A stretch of DNA of 64,000 nucleotides from Escherichia coli (GTDB taxonomy: Bacteria; Pseudomonadota; Gammaproteobacteria; Enterobacterales; Enterobacteriaceae): the NCBI RefSeq assembly GCF_011045215.1, contig NZ_CP049201.1, one strand, 5' to 3'. Position 1 is the stretch's first letter. Each line of letters starts with the position of its first letter. This document shows, one piece after another, positions 40,800 to 56,126 of this stretch. Both the position numbers and the translations under genes were made by a program. The notes under the pieces are model-generated. The model searched no databases and was not told the DNA's origin. It saw nothing but the letters and a program-made list of their open reading frames with translations.

Positions 40800-41762
40800 A
40801 TGGCAATTTCATCGCGTAACACTCTTCTTGCCGCACTGGCATTCATCGCTTTTCAGGCGCAGGCGGTGAACGTCACCGTGGCGTATCAAACCTCAGCCGA
40901 ACCGGCGAAAGTGGCTCAGGCTGATAACACCTTTGCCAAAGAGAGCGGGGCGAACGTGGACTGGCGCAAGTTTGACAGCGGAGCCAGCATCGTGCGGGCG
41001 CTGGCTTCAGGCGATGTGCAAATCGGCAACCTCGGTTCCAGCCCGTTAGCGGTTGCAGCCAGCCAACAGGTGCCGATTGAAGTCTTCTTGCTGGCGTCAA
41101 AACTGGGTAACTCCGAAGCGCTGGTGGTAAAGAAAACTATCAGCAAACCCGAGGATCTGATTGGCAAACGCATCGCAGTGCCGTTTATCTCCACCACCCA
41201 CTACAGCCTGCTGGCGGCGCTGAAACACTGGGGCATTAAACCCGGGCAAGTGGAGATTGTGAACCTGCAGCCGCCCGCGATTATCGCTGCCTGGCAGCGG
41301 GGAGATATTGATGGTGCTTATGTCTGGGCACCGGCGGTTAACGCCCTGGAAAAAGACGGCAAGGTGTTGACCGATTCTGAACAGGTCGGGCAGTGGGGCG
41401 CGCCAACGCTGGACGTTTGGGTGGTGCGCAAAGATTTTGCCGAGAAACATCCTGAGGTCGTGAAAGCGTTCGCTAAAAGCGCCATCGATGCTCAGCAACC
41501 GTACATTGCTAACCCAGACGTGTGGCTGAAACAGCCGGAAAACATCAGCAAACTGGCGCGTTTAAGCGGCGTGCCTGAAGGTGACGTTCCGGGGCTGGTG
41601 AAGGGGAATACCTATCTGACGCCGCAGCAACAAACGGCAGAACTGACCGGACCGGTGAACAAAGCGATCATCGACACCGCGCAGTTTTTGAAAGAGCAGG
41701 GCAAGGTCCCGGCTGTAGCGAATGATTACAGCCAGTACGTTACCTCGCGCTTCGTGCAATAA
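40800..41762 (+). CDS. tauA: Taurine ABC transporter periplasmic binding protein
   Basis: 320-aa ORF with a signal peptide, MAISSRNTLLAALAFIAFQAQA... Confidence 0.93.
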   Translation: MAISSRNTLLAALAFIAFQAQAVNVTVAYQTSAEPAKVAQADNTFAKESGANVDWRKFDSGASIVRALASGDVQIGNLGSSPLAVAASQQVPIEVFLLASKLGNSEALVVKKTISKPEDLIGKRIAVPFISTTHYSLLAALKHWGIKPGQVEIVNLQPPAIIAAWQRGDIDGAYVWAPAVNALEKDGKVLTDSEQVGQWGAPTLDVWVVRKDFAEKHPEVVKAFAKSAIDAQQPYIANPDVWLKQPENISKLARLSGVPEGDVPGLVKGNTYLTPQQQTAELTGPVNKAIIDTAQFLKEQGKVPAVANDYSQYVTSRFVQ

Positions 41763-41774
41763 AAGGAGGCGCAG

Positions 41775-42542
41775 ATGCTGCAAATCTCTCATCTTTACGC
41801 CGATTATGGCGGCAAACCGGTACTGGAAGATATCAACCTGACGCTGGAAAGCGGCGAGCTACTGGTGGTGCTGGGGCCGTCCGGCTGCGGTAAAACCACC
41901 CTGCTGAATTTGATTGCCGGTTTTGTGCCTTATCAGCATGGCAGCATTCAACTGGCGGGTAAGCGTATTGAGGGGCCGGGAGCAGAGCGTGGCGTAGTTT
42001 TTCAGAATGAAGGGCTACTACCGTGGCGCAATGTACAGGACAACGTGGCGTTCGGCCTGCAATTGGCAGGTATAGAGAAAATGCAGCGACTGGAAATCGC
42101 GCACCAGATGCTGAAAAAAGTGGGGCTGGAAGGCGCAGAAAAACGCTACATCTGGCAGCTTTCCGGTGGTCAACGTCAGCGGGTGGGGATTGCCCGCGCG
42201 CTGGCGGCGAATCCCCAGCTGTTATTACTCGACGAACCGTTTGGTGCGCTGGACGCCTTCACCCGCGACCAGATGCAAACCCTGCTGCTGAAACTCTGGC
42301 AGGAGACGGGCAAGCAGGTGCTGTTGATTACCCACGATATAGAAGAAGCGGTGTTTATGGCGACTGAACTGGTTCTGCTTTCATCCGGCCCTGGACGTGT
42401 GCTGGAGCGGCTGCCGCTCAACTTTGCTCGCCGCTTTGTTGCGGGAGAGTCGAGCCGCAGCATCAAGTCCGATCCACAATTCATCGCCATGCGCGAATAT
42501 GTTTTAAGCCGCGTATTTGAGCAACGGGAGGCGTTCTCATGA
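41775..42542 (+). CDS. tauB: Taurine ABC transporter ATP-binding protein
   Basis: 255-aa ORF with Walker [10 protein letters not shown] and signature [15 protein letters not shown]. Confidence 0.93.
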   Translation: MLQISHLYADYGGKPVLEDINLTLESGELLVVLGPSGCGKTTLLNLIAGFVPYQHGSIQLAGKRIEGPGAERGVVFQNEGLLPWRNVQDNVAFGLQLAGIEKMQRLEIAHQMLKKVGLEGAEKRYIWQLSGGQRQRVGIARALAANPQLLLLDEPFGALDAFTRDQMQTLLLKLWQETGKQVLLITHDIEEAVFMATELVLLSSGPGRVLERLPLNFARRFVAGESSRSIKSDPQFIAMREYVLSRVFEQREAFS

Positions 42543-43366
42543 GTGTGCTCATTAATGAAAAACTGCATTCGCGGCGGCTGAAATGGCGCTGGCCGCTCTC
42601 GCGTCAGGTGACCTTAAGCATTGGCACGTTAGCGGTTTTACTCACTGTATGGTGGACGGTGGCGGCGCTGCAACTGATTAGCCCGCTGTTTTTACCGCCG
42701 CCGCAACAAGTACTGGCAAAACTGCTCACCATTGCCGGACCGCAGGGATTTATGGACGCCACGCTGTGGCAGCATCTGGCAGCCAGCCTGACGCGCATTG
42801 TGCTGGCGCTACTCGCGGCGGTGTTGATCGGCATTCCGGTCGGGATCGCCATGGGGCTAAGCCCGACGGTGCGCGGCATTCTGGATCCGGTAATCGAACT
42901 TTATCGTCCGGTGCCGCCGCTGGCTTATTTACCACTGATGGTGATCTGGTTTGGTATTGGCGAAACCTCGAAGATCTTACTGATCTATTTAGCGATTTTT
43001 GCGCCGGTGGCGATGTCGGCGCTGGCAGGGGTGAAAAGCGCGCAGCAGGTTCGCATTCGTGCCGCCCAGTCGCTGGGTGCCAGCCGTGCGCAGGTGCTGT
43101 GGTTTGTCATTTTGCCCGGCGCGCTGCCGGAAATCCTCACCGGATTACGTATTGGTCTGGGTGTGGGCTGGTCTACGCTGGTGGCGGCGGAGCTGATTGC
43201 CGCGACGCGCGGTTTAGGATTTATGGTTCAGTCAGCGGGTGAATTTCTCGCGACTGACGTGGTGCTGGCGGGGATCGCGGTGATTGCGATTATCGCCTTT
43301 CTTTTAGAACTGGGTCTGCGCGCGTTACAGCGCCGCCTGACGCCCTGGCATGGAGAAGTACAATGA
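42539..43366 (+). CDS. tauC: Taurine ABC transporter permease
   Basis: 275-aa membrane ORF; overlaps the tauB stop. Confidence 0.93.
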   Translation: MSVLINEKLHSRRLKWRWPLSRQVTLSIGTLAVLLTVWWTVAALQLISPLFLPPPQQVLAKLLTIAGPQGFMDATLWQHLAASLTRIVLALLAAVLIGIPVGIAMGLSPTVRGILDPVIELYRPVPPLAYLPLMVIWFGIGETSKILLIYLAIFAPVAMSALAGVKSAQQVRIRAAQSLGASRAQVLWFVILPGALPEILTGLRIGLGVGWSTLVAAELIAATRGLGFMVQSAGEFLATDVVLAGIAVIAIIAFLLELGLRALQRRLTPWHGEVQ

Positions 43367-44214
43367 GTGAACGTTTGAGTATTACCCCGCTGGGGCCGTA
43401 TATTGGCGCACAAATTTCGGGTGCCGACCTGACGCGCCCGTTAAGCGATAATCAGTTTGAACAACTTTACCATGCTGTACTGCGCCATCAGGTGGTGTTT
43501 CTGCGCGATCAAGCCATTACGCCGCAGCAGCAACGCGCGCTGGCCCAGCGTTTTGGTGAACTGCATATTCACCCTGTTTACCCTCATGCCGAAGGGGTTG
43601 ACGAGATCATCGTGCTGGATACCCATAACGATAATCCGCCAGATAACGACAACTGGCATACCGATGTGACATTTATTGAAACGCCACCCGCAGGGGCGAT
43701 TCTGGCGGCGAAAGAGTTACCCTCGACCGGCGGTGATACGCTCTGGACCAGCAGTATTGCGGCCTATGAGGCGCTCTCTGTTCCCTTCCGCCAGCTGCTA
43801 AGCGGGCTGCGTGCGGAGCATGATTTTCGTAAATCGTTCCCGGAATACAAATACCGCAAAACCGAGGAGGAACATCAACGCTGGCGCGAGGCGGTCGCGA
43901 AAAATCCGCCGTTGCTACATCCGGTGGTGCGAACGCATCCGGTGAGCGGTAAACAGGCGCTGTTTGTGAATGAAGGCTTTACTACGCGAATTGTTGATGT
44001 CAGCGAGAAAGAGAGCGAAGCCTTGTTAGGCTTTTTATTCGCCCATATCACTAAACCGGAGTTTCAGGTGCGCTGGCGCTGGCAACCGAATGATATTGCG
44101 ATTTGGGATAACCGTGTGACTCAGCACTATGCCAATGCCGATTACCTGCCACAGCGGCGGATTATGCATCGGGCGACGATTCTTGGGGATAAACCGTTTT
44201 ATCGGGCGGGGTAA
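43363..44214 (+). CDS. tauD: Taurine dioxygenase (alpha-ketoglutarate dependent)
   Basis: 283-aa [35 protein letters not shown]... Confidence 0.95.
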   Translation: MSERLSITPLGPYIGAQISGADLTRPLSDNQFEQLYHAVLRHQVVFLRDQAITPQQQRALAQRFGELHIHPVYPHAEGVDEIIVLDTHNDNPPDNDNWHTDVTFIETPPAGAILAAKELPSTGGDTLWTSSIAAYEALSVPFRQLLSGLRAEHDFRKSFPEYKYRKTEEEHQRWREAVAKNPPLLHPVVRTHPVSGKQALFVNEGFTTRIVDVSEKESEALLGFLFAHITKPEFQVRWRWQPNDIAIWDNRVTQHYANADYLPQRRIMHRATILGDKPFYRAG

Positions 44215-44224
44215 TACGAGAGTG

Positions 44225-44290
44225 GACGGTCCCCTCGCCCCTTGGGGAGAGGGTTAGGGTGAGGGGGCGTTCACCGTGCTTTCAACAGGT
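44225..44290. repeat. GC-rich palindromic intergenic repeat (box C-like)
   Basis: gacggtcccctcgccccttggggagagggttagggtgagggggcgttcacc lies between the convergent tauD and hemB; it contains the palindrome ccccttgggg and G-tract repeats. Confidence 0.4.
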
Positions 44291-44319
44291 TAACTCCCCC
44301 TTTCTGAAAGGAAACAAAA

Positions 44320-45294
44320 TTAACGCAGAATCTTCTTCTCAGCCAGATCCAGCGCAAAGTAGCTGAAAATCAGATCCGCACCTGCACGCTTAATCGAACC
44401 TAAGCTTTCGAGCACCACTTTCTCTTCATCTATAGCACCCGCCAGCGCGGCGAACTTAATCATCGCGTACTCACCGCTCACCTGATACGCGCCAATCGGC
44501 AATTCAGTACGTTCACGCAGCTCACGCACGATGTCGAGGTACGCTCCAGCAGGTTTAACCATCAGGCAGTCTGCGCCCTGGGCTTCATCCAGCAGTGACT
44601 CACGAATCGCCTCACGACGGTTCATTGGGTTCATCTGATAGCTTTTGCGGTCGCCTTTTAATGCGCTTCCGGCAGCTTCACGGAACGGACCATAAAAGGA
44701 GGAGGCGAACTTGGTCGAATACGACATAATCGCCGTATCTTTAAAGCCAGCAGCGTCCAGCGCCTGGCGAATCGCCTGTACCTGGCCATCCATCGCGGCG
44801 GAAGGGGCGATGAAGTCTGCACCTGCAGCAGCTGCAACCACGGCTTGCTTGCCTAAATTTTCCAGAGTCGCGTCGTTGTCGACGCCATGCTCGCACAGCA
44901 CACCGCAGTGACCGTGAGAAGTGTATTCACAGAAGCAGGTGTCTGACATGACAATCATTTCTGGCACTGTCTGCTTGCAGATGCGCGACATACGCGCCAC
45001 CAGTCCATCTTCCCGCCAGGCATCGCTGCCGGTTTCATCGGTATGGTGAGAGATGCCGAAAGTCATCACGGAACGAATACCGGCGTTGGCGATGCGTTCA
45101 ATTTCGCGTGCCAGATGTTTCTCTGGAATGCGCATCACGCCAGGCATGGCTTCAACGGCTTTGTAGTCGTCAATTTCTTCTTCAACAAAGATCGGCAACA
45201 CCAGGTCGTTAAGGCTAAGTGTTGTCTCTTCAAACATAGCGCGCAGCGCAGGAGATTTGCGCAGGCGACGAGGGCGTTGGATTAAGTCTGTCAT
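44320..45294 (-). CDS. hemB: Porphobilinogen synthase (delta-aminolevulinate dehydratase)
   Basis: Protein [39 protein letters not shown]..., 324 aa. The ORF-track start is 11 codons upstream. Confidence 0.93.
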
Positions 45295-45819
45295 GGTCTG
45301 CCTGATGTTTGTGGAATTAAGGTGCACAGTATACCTGAAGCGGGGCAGGAGTGTTTTACGAAAGTTGTCACGATGTTGACAAGAAGAGAATGAAAGAGAG
45401 ACCAGGGCATCTTTGTAATAGAAATAGCAATAACTTCATATTCACTGAAAATATTTTTTAATTTTTATTTATAGGTGCTGGTTATTATTTTTGCTAATTT
45501 GGTTGAACTGTCAAAAATTGAATTACTTAAAGTTCATTGTTTATTGATACATTATTTGTCTGATTTGTTGTTTTGGTATTTTTAGGATCTATAATTCAAA
45601 ATTAATGATTTCATTAACGTGTTGAAATGCAGTGTTTTTGTCAACTTATTCTTTGTGCGTATAGATATTTTTATATATGTCCGCAATCGGACTTAGGGGA
45701 AAGAATAATTGAACCATTCCTCTATAACGCCGCATAATCGTAAACGCGAAACATAAGATGTTTTCTATGCATTGATAATTGATGGATCAACTTATTACGT
45801 CCCTGAGGAGGGATGACAA

Positions 45820-48819
<3,000 letters not shown>

Positions 48820-48820
48820 A

Positions 48821-49509
<689 letters not shown>

Positions 49510-50667
49510 TCAGGATGCGGGGATAACCAACGGTTTATTCCCGCTTAGCTCGGTCACCAGATCATTGATGCCATCGCTCATATTTTTAAAGCGCGTCAAC
49601 GGCGAACGAGTGACCACCACAAATGCGCCAATATTCTTCTGCGGGATCATCGCCATATAGGTAATGAAACCGCCACCACCGCCTGTCTTCTGAATAATCC
49701 CCGGACGACCCTCTTTCGGGGCCATATATACCCAGCCTAAACCAAGCGCATCCGCTTTGCCGGGGACATCCATGCCAATCACTTTCGTAAACTGCGCGCG
49801 CTGATAAATCAACGTCTGCATGCGATCTGCCTGGTTACTGCGCTGATAAAAATCAGATGACAAATACTGCTGCATCCAGCGCATCATATCGCCAGGCGTG
49901 GAATAGACGCCGCCGCTGCCAATTGCCGCCAGCGTGTTATTGCACGGACTGGCTCCGCGCTCAGCAACCATTAAACGGCGGCACTGATCCGGTGAGGGGG
50001 TGTAGGTGGTGTCTTTCATCCCCAATGGACGGGTAATCTGCTCTTCAAACAACTGGGTATAAGGCTTGCCGGACGCATTCGCCAGTGCATCTGCCAGCAG
50101 GTCGAACGCAAGGTTAGAGTACGCCGCCTGACTGCCTGGCGCGGCTTTCAGCTTCGCCGTAGAAAGGTATTTCCAGCGTTGCTCGCGCGTTGGCCAGACA
50201 AACACCGGACGATGTGCCGCGCCACCGGGCTGTTCACGGGGCAGGGCGCTGGTATGGGTTGCCAGATTGACCAGCGTAATGGGCGTCCCATTGTAGGTTG
50301 GCACGCGTGCGCCTGGCGGAGCATATTTACTTAGCGGATCGTTTAACTTCACGGTCCCCTGGTCGAGCAATTTCACCAGCATCTCACTGGTCATTAGCTT
50401 GGTGAGGGAAGCAATACGCACGACCGAATCCAGCTGCGGGCGAACGTTATTACCAGGTCGCGTTTCGCCATAACTGCGAAAGACGCGCTGGTTACCGTCG
50501 ATAACAACCAGCGCCATCCCCGTGGCACCGCTGCCGTAAAAAATATGATCGGCATAACGATCGACAATATCAGAGGCAAACTCCGGTTCAGTGATCGGCT
50601 GCGCCGCATGGACGGAGGTCAATGACGCCGCACACAGCACGGCAGAAAAAAGCAGACTACGTTTCAA
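49510..50667 (-). CDS. ampH: Penicillin-binding protein AmpH (class C beta-lactamase-like, D-alanyl-D-alanine carboxypeptidase/endopeptidase)
   Basis: 385-aa ORF, MKRSLLFSAVLCAASLTSVHA..., with an SxxK motif (IASLTK). Confidence 0.92.
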   Translation of the reverse strand: MKRSLLFSAVLCAASLTSVHAAQPITEPEFASDIVDRYADHIFYGSGATGMALVVIDGNQRVFRSYGETRPGNNVRPQLDSVVRIASLTKLMTSEMLVKLLDQGTVKLNDPLSKYAPPGARVPTYNGTPITLVNLATHTSALPREQPGGAAHRPVFVWPTREQRWKYLSTAKLKAAPGSQAAYSNLAFDLLADALANASGKPYTQLFEEQITRPLGMKDTTYTPSPDQCRRLMVAERGASPCNNTLAAIGSGGVYSTPGDMMRWMQQYLSSDFYQRSNQADRMQTLIYQRAQFTKVIGMDVPGKADALGLGWVYMAPKEGRPGIIQKTGGGGGFITYMAMIPQKNIGAFVVVTRSPLTRFKNMSDGINDLVTELSGNKPLVIPAS

Positions 50668-51018
50668 CGGTGGTGTCCATAAATTGAATGAAGGTAACTG
50701 AGCGTATTTATACTACTCATTGATGGATTGCAAAGGGCGAATTAGTGCAATAATAGTGTTAAAAACGTAACGGCGCGTAAACACGATCTTTTTCCTGCTC
50801 ACCAATGCCTGCATTTGTGATCCTGCGCGTGTTAATCCGCTTATGTAAACAATCTTTGGTTTGTGAAATCCGTCGAAACAATTCTTATGGCCAGGCTGGC
50901 GAACTAAGCGCCTTGCTATGGGTCACAATGGGCGGTTTCATTTGGCTGACGCTTTGTAGCGGTCATGCGGTTAATACACAGCAGTTGTTAAAACGATAAG
51001 AAGTTAGCAGGAGTGCAT

Positions 51019-52239
51019 ATGTTTAAGTCTTTTTTCCCAAAGCCGGGAACGTTTTTTCTCTCGGCCTTTGTTTGGGCATTGATTGCCGTTATCTTCTGGC
51101 AAGCCGGTGGGGGGGACTGGGTGGCGCGTATCACCGGCGCTTCCGGGCAGATCCCGATTAGCGCCGCGCGTTTCTGGTCGTTGGATTTCCTGATTTTTTA
51201 CGCTTACTACATTGTTTGCGTAGGACTTTTTGCATTGTTCTGGTTTATCTACAGCCCGCACCGTTGGCAATACTGGTCAATACTCGGTACTGCACTGATC
51301 ATCTTCGTCACCTGGTTTTTGGTGGAAGTCGGGGTTGCCGTCAACGCCTGGTATGCACCGTTCTATGATCTGATTCAAACCGCGCTAAGTTCGCCGCATA
51401 AAGTCACTATCGAACAATTTTACCGCGAAGTGGGCGTCTTTCTGGGGATTGCGCTGATCGCGGTAGTGATCAGTGTGCTGAATAACTTCTTTGTCAGTCA
51501 CTACGTGTTCCGCTGGCGTACGGCGATGAACGAATATTACATGGCGAACTGGCAACAACTGCGTCATATCGAAGGCGCCGCACAGCGTGTGCAGGAAGAC
51601 ACCATGCGTTTTGCTTCAACGCTGGAGAATATGGGCGTCAGTTTTATCAACGCCATCATGACGTTGATCGCCTTCCTGCCGGTGCTGGTAACGCTCTCCG
51701 CGCATGTGCCGGAGCTGCCGATTATCGGGCACATTCCGTATGGTCTGGTGATTGCCGCTATCGTCTGGTCGCTGATGGGGACCGGATTGCTGGCAGTGGT
51801 AGGGATCAAACTGCCGGGGCTGGAGTTTAAAAACCAGCGAGTAGAGGCTGCCTACCGTAAAGAGCTGGTTTATGGTGAAGACGATGCCACGCGCGCGACG
51901 CCGCCAACGGTACGCGAGCTGTTTAGCGCCGTACGGAAAAACTATTTCCGCCTCTATTTTCACTATATGTATTTCAACATCGCTCGCATTCTCTATTTGC
52001 AGGTCGATAACGTTTTCGGTTTGTTCTTGCTGTTTCCGTCAATTGTTGCCGGTACGATTACGCTCGGCCTGATGACGCAGATTACCAACGTTTTTGGTCA
52101 GGTTCGCGGTGCTTTCCAGTACCTGATTAACTCATGGACCACACTGGTTGAGTTGATGTCTATCTACAAACGTCTGCGCAGCTTTGAACATGAGCTGGAT
52201 GGTGACAAAATTCAGGAAGTAACCCATACCTTGAGCTAA
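51019..52239 (+). CDS. sbmA: Peptide antibiotic/microcin transporter SbmA
   Basis: Protein [34 protein letters not shown]..., 406 aa. The ORF track starts 2 codons upstream. Confidence 0.92.
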   Translation: MFKSFFPKPGTFFLSAFVWALIAVIFWQAGGGDWVARITGASGQIPISAARFWSLDFLIFYAYYIVCVGLFALFWFIYSPHRWQYWSILGTALIIFVTWFLVEVGVAVNAWYAPFYDLIQTALSSPHKVTIEQFYREVGVFLGIALIAVVISVLNNFFVSHYVFRWRTAMNEYYMANWQQLRHIEGAAQRVQEDTMRFASTLENMGVSFINAIMTLIAFLPVLVTLSAHVPELPIIGHIPYGLVIAAIVWSLMGTGLLAVVGIKLPGLEFKNQRVEAAYRKELVYGEDDATRATPPTVRELFSAVRKNYFRLYFHYMYFNIARILYLQVDNVFGLFLLFPSIVAGTITLGLMTQITNVFGQVRGAFQYLINSWTTLVELMSIYKRLRSFEHELDGDKIQEVTHTLS

Positions 52240-52251
52240 AAAGGAGAAGTA

Positions 52252-53346
52252 ATGTCGCGCGTCAATCCTCTATCTTCGCTGTCATTGTTGGCGGTTCTGG
52301 TTTTAGCGGGGTGCAGTAGTCAGGCTCCGCAACCGTTGAAAAAGGGCGAAAAAGCGATAGATGTGGCGAGCGTCGTGCGGCAGAAGATGCCTGCGAACGT
52401 GAAAGACCGTGATGCCTGGGCAAAAGATCTCGCCACCACCTTTGAAAGTCAGGGGCTGGCACCGACGCTGGAAAACGTCTGCTCGGTGCTGGCGGTGGCG
52501 CAGCAGGAGTCAAATTATCAGGCAGATCCGGCCGTTCCGGGCTTAAGCAAAATCGCCTGGCAAGAGATTGACCGTCGTGCTGAACGGATGCACATTCCTC
52601 CTTTTCTGGTTCATACCGCGCTAAAAATCAAATCGCCAAACGGCAAAAGTTATAGCGAACGGTTAGATTCGGTGCGTACAGAAAAGCAATTGAGCGCGAT
52701 TTTTGACGATCTGATCAGCATGGTGCCAATGGGGCAGACGCTGTTTGGTTCGCTTAATCCGGTGCGCACCGGTGGGCCGATGCAGGTCAGCATTGCTTTT
52801 GCCGAACAGCATACCAAAGGGTATCCGTGGAAAATGGACGGTACAGTCCGTCAGGAAGTCTTTAGTCGCCGCGGCGGGTTGTGGTTTGGTACTTACCATT
52901 TACTGAATTATCCCGCCAGTTATAGCGCACCGATATACCGTTTTGCTGATTTTAACGCTGGCTGGTACGCCAGCCGTAATGCCGCGTTTCAGAACGCGGT
53001 CAGTAAGGCCAGCGGCGTGAAGCTGGCACTGGACGGTGATTTAATTCGTTACGACAGTAAAGAACCCGGGAAAACCGAACTGGCAACGCGCAAACTGGCG
53101 GCAAAACTGGGGATGAGCGACAGCGAAATTCGTCGTCAGCTAGAGAAAGGTGACAGCTTCTCTTTTGAGGAGACGGCGCTGTACAAGAAAGTTTATCAAC
53201 TTGCCGAAGCGAAAACGGGTAAATCACTCCCCCGCGAAATGTTGCCTGGCATTCAACTGGAAAGCCCGAAAATCACCCGCAACCTGACTACGGCCTGGTT
53301 TGCGAAGCGCGTAGACGAACGGCGGGCGCGTTGTATGAAACAGTGA
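52252..53346 (+). CDS. yaiW: Surface-exposed lipoprotein YaiW
   Basis: 364-aa ORF with a lipoprotein signal and lipobox (LLAVLVLAGCSS); the start is 13 nt after the sbmA stop. Confidence 0.88.
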   Translation: MSRVNPLSSLSLLAVLVLAGCSSQAPQPLKKGEKAIDVASVVRQKMPANVKDRDAWAKDLATTFESQGLAPTLENVCSVLAVAQQESNYQADPAVPGLSKIAWQEIDRRAERMHIPPFLVHTALKIKSPNGKSYSERLDSVRTEKQLSAIFDDLISMVPMGQTLFGSLNPVRTGGPMQVSIAFAEQHTKGYPWKMDGTVRQEVFSRRGGLWFGTYHLLNYPASYSAPIYRFADFNAGWYASRNAAFQNAVSKASGVKLALDGDLIRYDSKEPGKTELATRKLAAKLGMSDSEIRRQLEKGDSFSFEETALYKKVYQLAEAKTGKSLPREMLPGIQLESPKITRNLTTAWFAKRVDERRARCMKQ

Positions 53347-53404
53347 TCAAACAGGAATGTCATGCCAGATAAGGCGTTTTAGGCCGTATCTGGCAACGTA
53401 AATC

Positions 53405-53713
53405 TTACTGGCGGCGATGTCGCCAGTGCAGCCATAGCGCCACCACTGCAAAAATGAGGCAGCCTACTAAAAACGGGATCAGCCCGAAAATGGTGCCGAC
53501 ACCTAAACCAATTTCCACCCGTGGGCGACCTGTTTCCTGGACCTGCATTAAACGCTCATAGACGCCGGGCGCATGCACTAACAGGTTCAGCAATTGCGCC
53601 CCAGCCCAAAAGCAAAACAGCACAAACAACGCATAGGCAATGTTGCCAGGCGTTGAAGAGGCATTGCGATATTTTCCGCTAAACAGCGATTTTGACAGGG
53701 TGAAATCAGCCAT
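53405..53713 (-). CDS. yaiY: Inner membrane protein YaiY (DUF2755)
   Basis: 102-aa hydrophobic [23 protein letters not shown]... Confidence 0.85.
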
Positions 53714-53972
53714 AAAAACCTCCGGAAGTCATCTGCTTCTCTTCTGGTGTGATACCAGCGGCTTATGGCAAGTCTGACAGGTCATTTAGATTGTCAATAT
53801 CAGAATCATGGTAAATTGATGTTGGGAATATTCCCGAAGCGTGAATCTTCGCTGCGAGTCACAAAATAGCAACTTTAAGTTAAATTTATTAACAATTGCG
53901 AAAATGTTGTCTACACCACAGACGGTTGTTGCAGAATATGCAAGGATGTTGTTTTTCGTTAACGGAGCAGCC

Positions 53973-54185
53973 ATGAATCTGCCTGTAAAAATCCGCCGTG
54001 ACTGGCACTACTATGCGTTCGCCATTGGTCTTATATTCATTCTTAATGGCGTGGTGGGGTTACTGGGATTTGAAGCAAAAGGTTGGCAGACCTATGCCGT
54101 CGGTCTGGTGACGTGGGTGATTAGTTTCTGGCTGGCGGGGTTGATTATTCGTCGTCGCGATGAAGAAACTGAAAACGCCCAATAA
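53973..54185 (+). CDS. yaiZ: Small membrane protein YaiZ (DUF2754)
   Basis: Protein MNLPVKIRRDWHYYAFAIGLIFILNGVVGLLGF..., 70 aa, with a GGAG Shine-Dalgarno sequence. The ORF-track start is 44 codons upstream. Confidence 0.8.
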   Translation: MNLPVKIRRDWHYYAFAIGLIFILNGVVGLLGFEAKGWQTYAVGLVTWVISFWLAGLIIRRRDEETENAQ

Positions 54186-54208
54186 GAATATTATCGGGCG
54201 TTAAAATA

Positions 54209-55303
54209 TTACATTGTGGTTTTCAATGCGTTATCCGCAGCGTGACGCTCCAGCGCCAGCTCAATCAAACGTGTGATCAGATCGGTGTAACCCAGACCGC
54301 TGGCTTGCCACAGCTTCGGATACATACTGATGTTGGTGAAGCCAGGCAGTGTGTTGATCTCGTTGATCACCACTTCGTTCTCTGGGGTTAAAAACACGTC
54401 TACACGCGCCATGCCTGCGCATCCCAACGTCTGATAAGCCTGAACGGCAATCGCCCGGATCTTATCGTTGATTTCTGGCGCAATGGCTGCCGGAACTACC
54501 ACTTTCGCGCCATCTTCGTCAATGTACTTGGTGTCGTAGGCATAGAAATCGCTGTTGAGTACGATCTCGCCACAGGTGCTGGCTTGCGGATTGTCGTTGC
54601 CCAGAACTGCGCATTCGATCTCACGACCTTTGATCCCTTGCTCAACGATCACTTTATGATCGAACTCGAACGCCAGATCGACGGCAATTGCGTACTGTTC
54701 TTCACTGGTTACTTTGCTGACACCAACAGAAGAGCCCTGATTAGCCGGTTTTACAAACAGTGGTAACCCCAGTTTAGACTCCACTTCGGCAAAACTGATG
54801 TTGTGACGATTAGCGCGCGTCAGGGTAATAAATGGCGCAATGTTCAGCCCGGCATCGCGTAGCAGACGTTTGGTGACATCTTTATCCATACAGGCTGCTG
54901 AAGCCAGAACATCAGAACCTACAAACGGTAAATTGGCGACCCGCAGCATTCCCTGCAAGGAACCATCTTCGCCCAGCGTACCGTGGACAATCGGGAAAAT
55001 GACATCCACCGTCGGCAACGGCTGACCGTTTTGCGCGTCGATAAGCTGATGCTCATGTTTACCTGGCACTTGCGCAAGGCTGGTCGCCGAAGGGCGCAAC
55101 GCAATATGGGCAGGATCGTCTGCATTTAGCAGATAATTGCTGGCATCGCTGACGTGCCATTGCCCTTGTTTATCAATGCCCAGCAGCACAACGTCGAAGC
55201 GACTTTTATCAATGGCATCGACAATGTTTTTTGCCGATTGCAGAGACACTTCATGTTCCGCTGATTTACCACCAAAAACGATTCCTACCCGCAGTTTTTC
55301 CAT
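54209..55303 (-). CDS. ddlA: D-alanine--D-alanine ligase A
   Basis: 364-aa [31 protein letters not shown]... Confidence 0.95.
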   Translation of the reverse strand: MEKLRVGIVFGGKSAEHEVSLQSAKNIVDAIDKSRFDVVLLGIDKQGQWHVSDASNYLLNADDPAHIALRPSATSLAQVPGKHEHQLIDAQNGQPLPTVDVIFPIVHGTLGEDGSLQGMLRVANLPFVGSDVLASAACMDKDVTKRLLRDAGLNIAPFITLTRANRHNISFAEVESKLGLPLFVKPANQGSSVGVSKVTSEEQYAIAVDLAFEFDHKVIVEQGIKGREIECAVLGNDNPQASTCGEIVLNSDFYAYDTKYIDEDGAKVVVPAAIAPEINDKIRAIAVQAYQTLGCAGMARVDVFLTPENEVVINEINTLPGFTNISMYPKLWQASGLGYTDLITRLIELALERHAADNALKTTM

Positions 55304-55765
55304 CTTAAAAACCTATCCCGTCTAACACAAAGTGCATACATTACCACGACAAAACGGGGGATTCGCGGCCTTCTGAAAGATTGTTGCAATCTTCTGCTGA
55401 CAAAGCGTGCAACGTACTGGTGAAGAAAGTGCGTTATCTCAAAGATGTGCGCAAGATCACAAAAATGATGAACGGGAAGCTAATTTATTCCTGGCTTAAA
55501 TGGCCATGCGGTGAGTTTTTTTCTCTTAATTATAAGTTAACGAAGAGAATATATTTCATAACTTTTATTTATAATAAAGGTTGATAATTAAAAGCCTATA
55601 TTTTGTGTGGGTAATTATTTAAATAAGAGAAACGTTTCGCTGGTAATCAAACAAAAAATATTTGCGCAAAGTATTTCCTTTGTCATAAAAATAATACTTC
55701 CAGACACTATGAAGTTGTGAAACATAATGTTAACTTCTCCATACTTTGGATAAGGAAATACAGAC

Positions 55766-56026
55766 ATGAAAAATCTCATTGCTGAGTTGTTATTTAAGCT
55801 TGCCCAAAAAGAAGAAGAGTCGAAAGAACTGTGTGCGCAGGTAGAAGCTTTGGAGATTATCGTCACTGCAATGCTTCGCAATATGGCGCAAAATGACCAA
55901 CAACGGTTGATTGATCAGGTAGAGGGGGCGCTGTACGAGGTAAAGCCCGATGCCAGCATTCCTGACGACGATACGGAGCTGCTGCGCGATTACGTAAAGA
56001 AGTTATTGAAGCATCCTCGTCAGTAA
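55766..56026 (+). CDS. iraP: Anti-adaptor protein IraP (RpoS stabiliser under phosphate starvation)
   Basis: 86-aa [34 protein letters not shown]... Confidence 0.9.
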
Positions 56027-56046
56027 AAAGTTAATCTTTTCAACAG

Positions 56047-56064
56047 CTGTCATAAAGTTGTCAC
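56047..56064 (+). promoter_or_regulatory. Pho box (PhoB binding site) of the phoA promoter
   Basis: CTGTCATAAAGTTGTCAC, two 7-bp direct repeats 11 bp apart, placed where a -35 would be; a TATAGT -10 follows at 56075-56080. Confidence 0.85.
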
Positions 56065-56126
56065 GGCCGAGACTTATAGTCGCTTTGTTTTTATTTTTTA
56101 ATGTATTTGTACATGGAGAAAATAAA

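Noticed and set aside
55381-55584. 67-aa ORF in the ddlA-iraP intergenic region
   Set aside because: It sits in an AT-rich promoter region, has no Shine-Dalgarno sequence and a low-complexity product; probably the iraP promoter region.
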